Assembly: GCA_013287435.1 (NCBI GenBank)
Contig: JABDDU010000003.1
Location: 21,685 to 85,684, forward strand
From: Verrucomicrobiota bacterium
GTDB taxonomy: Bacteria > Pseudomonadota > Gammaproteobacteria > Coxiellales > Coxiellaceae
Direction of reading: 5' to 3'
DNA: 64,000 nt
This document shows positions 61,650 to 64,000 of this stretch, one piece after another. The notes under the pieces are model-generated. The model saw only the letters and a program-made list of their open reading frames with translations. It did not search any database and had not been told where the DNA came from. A program made the position numbers and the translations under genes. Within the stretch, counting starts at the first letter, position 1. Each line of letters starts with the position of its first letter.

Positions 61650-62042
61650 ATGTCAGATAAACTATTGTCAGATATTAAAACGAGCATTTTGGATATGCAA
61701 AACCAAATGCAATCGACTTATCAAAATTTAGCGGATATTAAAGTCAGCGGTAAATCAATTGATGGAACGGTAGAAGTCATTATGACTGCAACGTATGGTT
61801 TTGTTGATATGCGTTTCACTAAAGAAGCATTGCAAGGTGGTGTGGAAGAATTTAAAAAACGCGTTCGCGAAGCGTGGGAAAATGTGGTTAAAAAAATTCA
61901 AGAAGCAACGCAAGCTAAGACAATGGAATTATTACAACAAATGCAAATTCCTGATGAAATTAAAAACTTGTCATTGCCAGCGGATCAGAAAGCGATCGAG
62001 AGTGATGATGATGATAAAGGTGGTTCTGGAACAGATAAATAA
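61650..62042 (+). CDS. Divergent YbaB/EbfC-like nucleoid-associated protein paralog with an acidic tail
   Basis: [30 protein letters not shown] fits the YbaB core pattern. It occupies the canonical ybaB slot between dnaX and recR. Confidence 0.5.
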   Translation: MSDKLLSDIKTSILDMQNQMQSTYQNLADIKVSGKSIDGTVEVIMTATYGFVDMRFTKEALQGGVEEFKKRVREAWENVVKKIQEATQAKTMELLQQMQIPDEIKNLSLPADQKAIESDDDDKGGSGTDK

Positions 62043-62638
62043 TGTTTTCTCCTTTCGTCAAACAATTAATCGACACGCTACGCGCACTACCTGGCATTGG
62101 CCCTAAGTCCGCGCAACGTATGGCGTATCAATTATTGACGGACAGTGGAAAAGAAAAAGCGTTAGCATTATCAAATTCCTTAAAACAAGCAGTTTTATCG
62201 GTAGGACAATGTCAGCGGTGTCGTCAATTTACGGAACAAACCGTGTGCTCGCTCTGCAGTAATGCAAAACGAAATCATGCATTGTTGTGTGTTGTTGAAA
62301 GTCCGGCGGATGTAATTGCGATCGAACAAACACATGTGTTTCAGGGGTGTTACTTTGTTCTACATGGACATCTGTCACCGCTCGATGGCATTTCGCCGGA
62401 ACATATTGGTATTCCGTTTTTATTGAAACGGCTGCATGAAGAATCTATTCAGGAAGTCATTCTAGCAACGAATCCAACCATTGAAGGAAAGGCAACGGCA
62501 CAGTATTTGGCGAATCACATTGATTCAAAAAAAATGATATGCTCTCGCATCGCGCATGGTGTGCCGATTGGTGGTGAGTTGGAATATTTGGATGGAAGTA
62601 CGTTGTCGCATGCGTTTAGTTCACGACAAGTAGTGTGA
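62042..62638 (+). CDS. recR: Recombination protein RecR
   Basis: LPGIGPKSAQRMA HhH motif, C4 zinc finger CQRC...CSLC and a Toprim domain. Confidence 0.95.
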   Translation: MFSPFVKQLIDTLRALPGIGPKSAQRMAYQLLTDSGKEKALALSNSLKQAVLSVGQCQRCRQFTEQTVCSLCSNAKRNHALLCVVESPADVIAIEQTHVFQGCYFVLHGHLSPLDGISPEHIGIPFLLKRLHEESIQEVILATNPTIEGKATAQYLANHIDSKKMICSRIAHGVPIGGELEYLDGSTLSHAFSSRQVV

Positions 62639-62676
62639 GTAGAAGTGATCAGTTACCATAAAATACGAGGTGAAAG

Positions 62677-63024
62677 ATGTTCGGAGACAAACTAGGCGGT
62701 CTTGGCAATCTCGCAGGCTTACTCAAAAACGCCGGCAAAATTCAAGACATGATGAAAGAAGCGCAGGAAAAATTAGCGAAAATCGAAGTGATGGGTGAAT
62801 CTGGTGCGGGCGCCGTTCAAATTAAAATGAATGCGCAAGGTTATGCATTATCTGTCATGATCGACGATGACATTTTAAAAGAAAGCAAAATAATTCTTCA
62901 AGATTTAATCGCTGCAGCCATCAATGACGGCGCTAAAAAAATCGAAAAGGAAAAAGAAAGTATGGTGAGTGCTGCTGGATTGATGGGTGGAATGTTGTCG
63001 GGTTCGGAAGAGGAAGAAAAATAG
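62677..63024 (+). CDS. ybaB: YbaB/EbfC family nucleoid-associated protein (canonical)
   Basis: LGNLAGLLKNAGKIQDMMKEAQEKLAKIEVMGESGAGAVQIKMNAQ and LIAAAINDGAKKIEKE. Confidence 0.85.
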   Translation: MFGDKLGGLGNLAGLLKNAGKIQDMMKEAQEKLAKIEVMGESGAGAVQIKMNAQGYALSVMIDDDILKESKIILQDLIAAAINDGAKKIEKEKESMVSAAGLMGGMLSGSEEEEK

Positions 63025-63051
63025 GTGTGGGTGTGACGCTCACACTCACAC
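63025..63051. terminator. Hairpin between the convergent ybaB and AI-2E transporter genes, built from GTGTG / CACAC repeat units
   Basis: GTGTGGGTGTGA-CG-CTCACACTCACAC is an imperfect ~12-bp stem. There is no clear T-tract, so its function is uncertain. Confidence 0.4.
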
Positions 63052-64000
63052 TGACTTCGGCCACGCACGCAACACCGCATCCGCCACCGTGGCCAGCGGA
63101 ATGGCAAAAAACACACCCCAAAATCCCCACATACCGCCGAATACCAATACCGATAAAATAATTACAACAGGATGCAGATCCATCGTTTCAGAAAATAGCA
63201 TTGGGACCAATACATTTGCATCTAAAATAATAATCGCCGCATAGGCAATGATTAAATATAAAAAATGTGGCTCCATTCCCCATTGCATCAATGCAATAAT
63301 AAAAACGGGAATAGTCACAACGACTGCACCGACGTAAGGAATAATTACCGATAATCCAACCAAAACGCCCATCAAAATAGCGTATTTCATATCTAAAATA
63401 GAAAACGTGAGTGACGTGACAAAACTAATCACAAACACTTCAATCACACGTCCGCGAACATAACAACCAATTTTAGTATTGACATCTTGCCACACATTCG
63501 ACACCAAACTGCGATTTTTAGGCAAAAATTGAGAAAACCAATGCGCAATTTTGTCCGCGTCTTTCAAAAAGAAAAATAATAATAACGGCACTAAAATAAA
63601 ATATAAAACGGCCGTAATTAAATTAGGAATCAATGACCATACAAATCGCAATGTGACTTGTCCAACTCGGGAAAATTCGTTTTGGACGAATGCAATGGTT
63701 TGTTGAAAACGCGGGTCGGCAAACACAGCGGGATAGCGTTGCATCAATGTTGTCACCCAGTGATGGCCTTGTGTAAACGCATTGGGAAACTCGCTTACCA
63801 AATTTTGCAATTGACGAACAATGATAGGTAACAGCACCACTAATCCAAAAATCACGAGTCCAATAAACGCCAAAAATACAATCATCACCGCCAATAGATG
63901 CGGACACTTCCAACGTGTTAACTGCCGAACCACGGACAATAACAAATAGGCCAGCACAATACTGATCAAGACAGGCAAAAAGAAATGACCGAAAAACTCG
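63046..64000 (-). CDS. AI-2E family transporter (PerM/YhhT-like); the N-terminus lies outside the window
   Basis: Polytopic membrane protein with the IPYVGAVV motif. The frame stays open upstream of the listed TTG start to the window edge. Confidence 0.8.
   Translation of the reverse strand, partial: EFFGHFFLPVLISIVLAYLLLSVVRQLTRWKCPHLLAVMIVFLAFIGLVIFGLVVLLPIIVRQLQNLVSEFPNAFTQGHHWVTTLMQRYPAVFADPRFQQTIAFVQNEFSRVGQVTLRFVWSLIPNLITAVLYFILVPLLLFFFLKDADKIAHWFSQFLPKNRSLVSNVWQDVNTKIGCYVRGRVIEVFVISFVTSLTFSILDMKYAILMGVLVGLSVIIPYVGAVVVTIPVFIIALMQWGMEPHFLYLIIAYAAIIILDANVLVPMLFSETMDLHPVVIILSVLVFGGMWGFWGVFFAIPLATVADAVLRAWPKSV

Noticed and set aside
62898-63244. Three overlapping small ORFs (72, 65 and 85 aa) around the ybaB / AI-2E transporter junction
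   Set aside because: They are produced by the stop-free strand of the GTGTG/CACAC repeat hairpin and overlap supported genes, so they are artefacts.

Overview
This is an AT-rich gammaproteobacterial chromosome segment. Gene content and order (gyrA-serC-aroA-cmk-rpsA-pyrF-comEA, fabV, ffs-dnaX-ybaB-recR) resemble Legionellales/Coxiellaceae-type intracellular bacteria, but I cannot verify the taxon without a search. Most of the window is housekeeping: purH-purE-purK, typA, ccmAB, pyrF, rpsA, cmk, aroA, serC, gyrA, metH/metF, uvrB, tRNA-Asn, tsaE/tsaD, queG, mdh, cysQ, hemW, fabV, SRP RNA, dnaX and recR. Five kinds of accessory material interrupt it. (1) The main candidate for a new system is an ~11 kb, 12-gene, translationally coupled minus-strand operon (32619-43758), with a neighbouring MFS transporter. 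It encodes two stand-alone adenylating enzymes, an ACP, KASIII-like enzymes, an acyl-CoA dehydrogenase, a LysA/ODC-fold PLP decarboxylase and a transglutaminase-like protein, with no NRPS or PKS megasynthase. I cannot map this dissociated, carrier-protein-dependent pathway to any characterised cluster from memory. (2) A ~2.4 kb cassette (23401-25824) bounded by ~150-bp inverted repeats carries a YopT/AvrPphB-like cysteine-protease gene with a tandem TTAA-N7-TTAA (PmrA-box-like) promoter repeat. (3) An IS4/IS1634-like insertion sequence sits next to an orphan AbiEi-like gene. (4) A BrnT/BrnA-like toxin-antitoxin pair is embedded between aroA and cmk. (5) At least four families of short palindromic, MITE-like repeats, plus a GTGAGT hexamer motif, sit on gene boundaries and supply stop codons, start codons and C-terminal tails of real genes. 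All calls come from reading the ORF translations and the DNA by eye; no database search was possible, and hand-derived coordinates may be off by a few nt.
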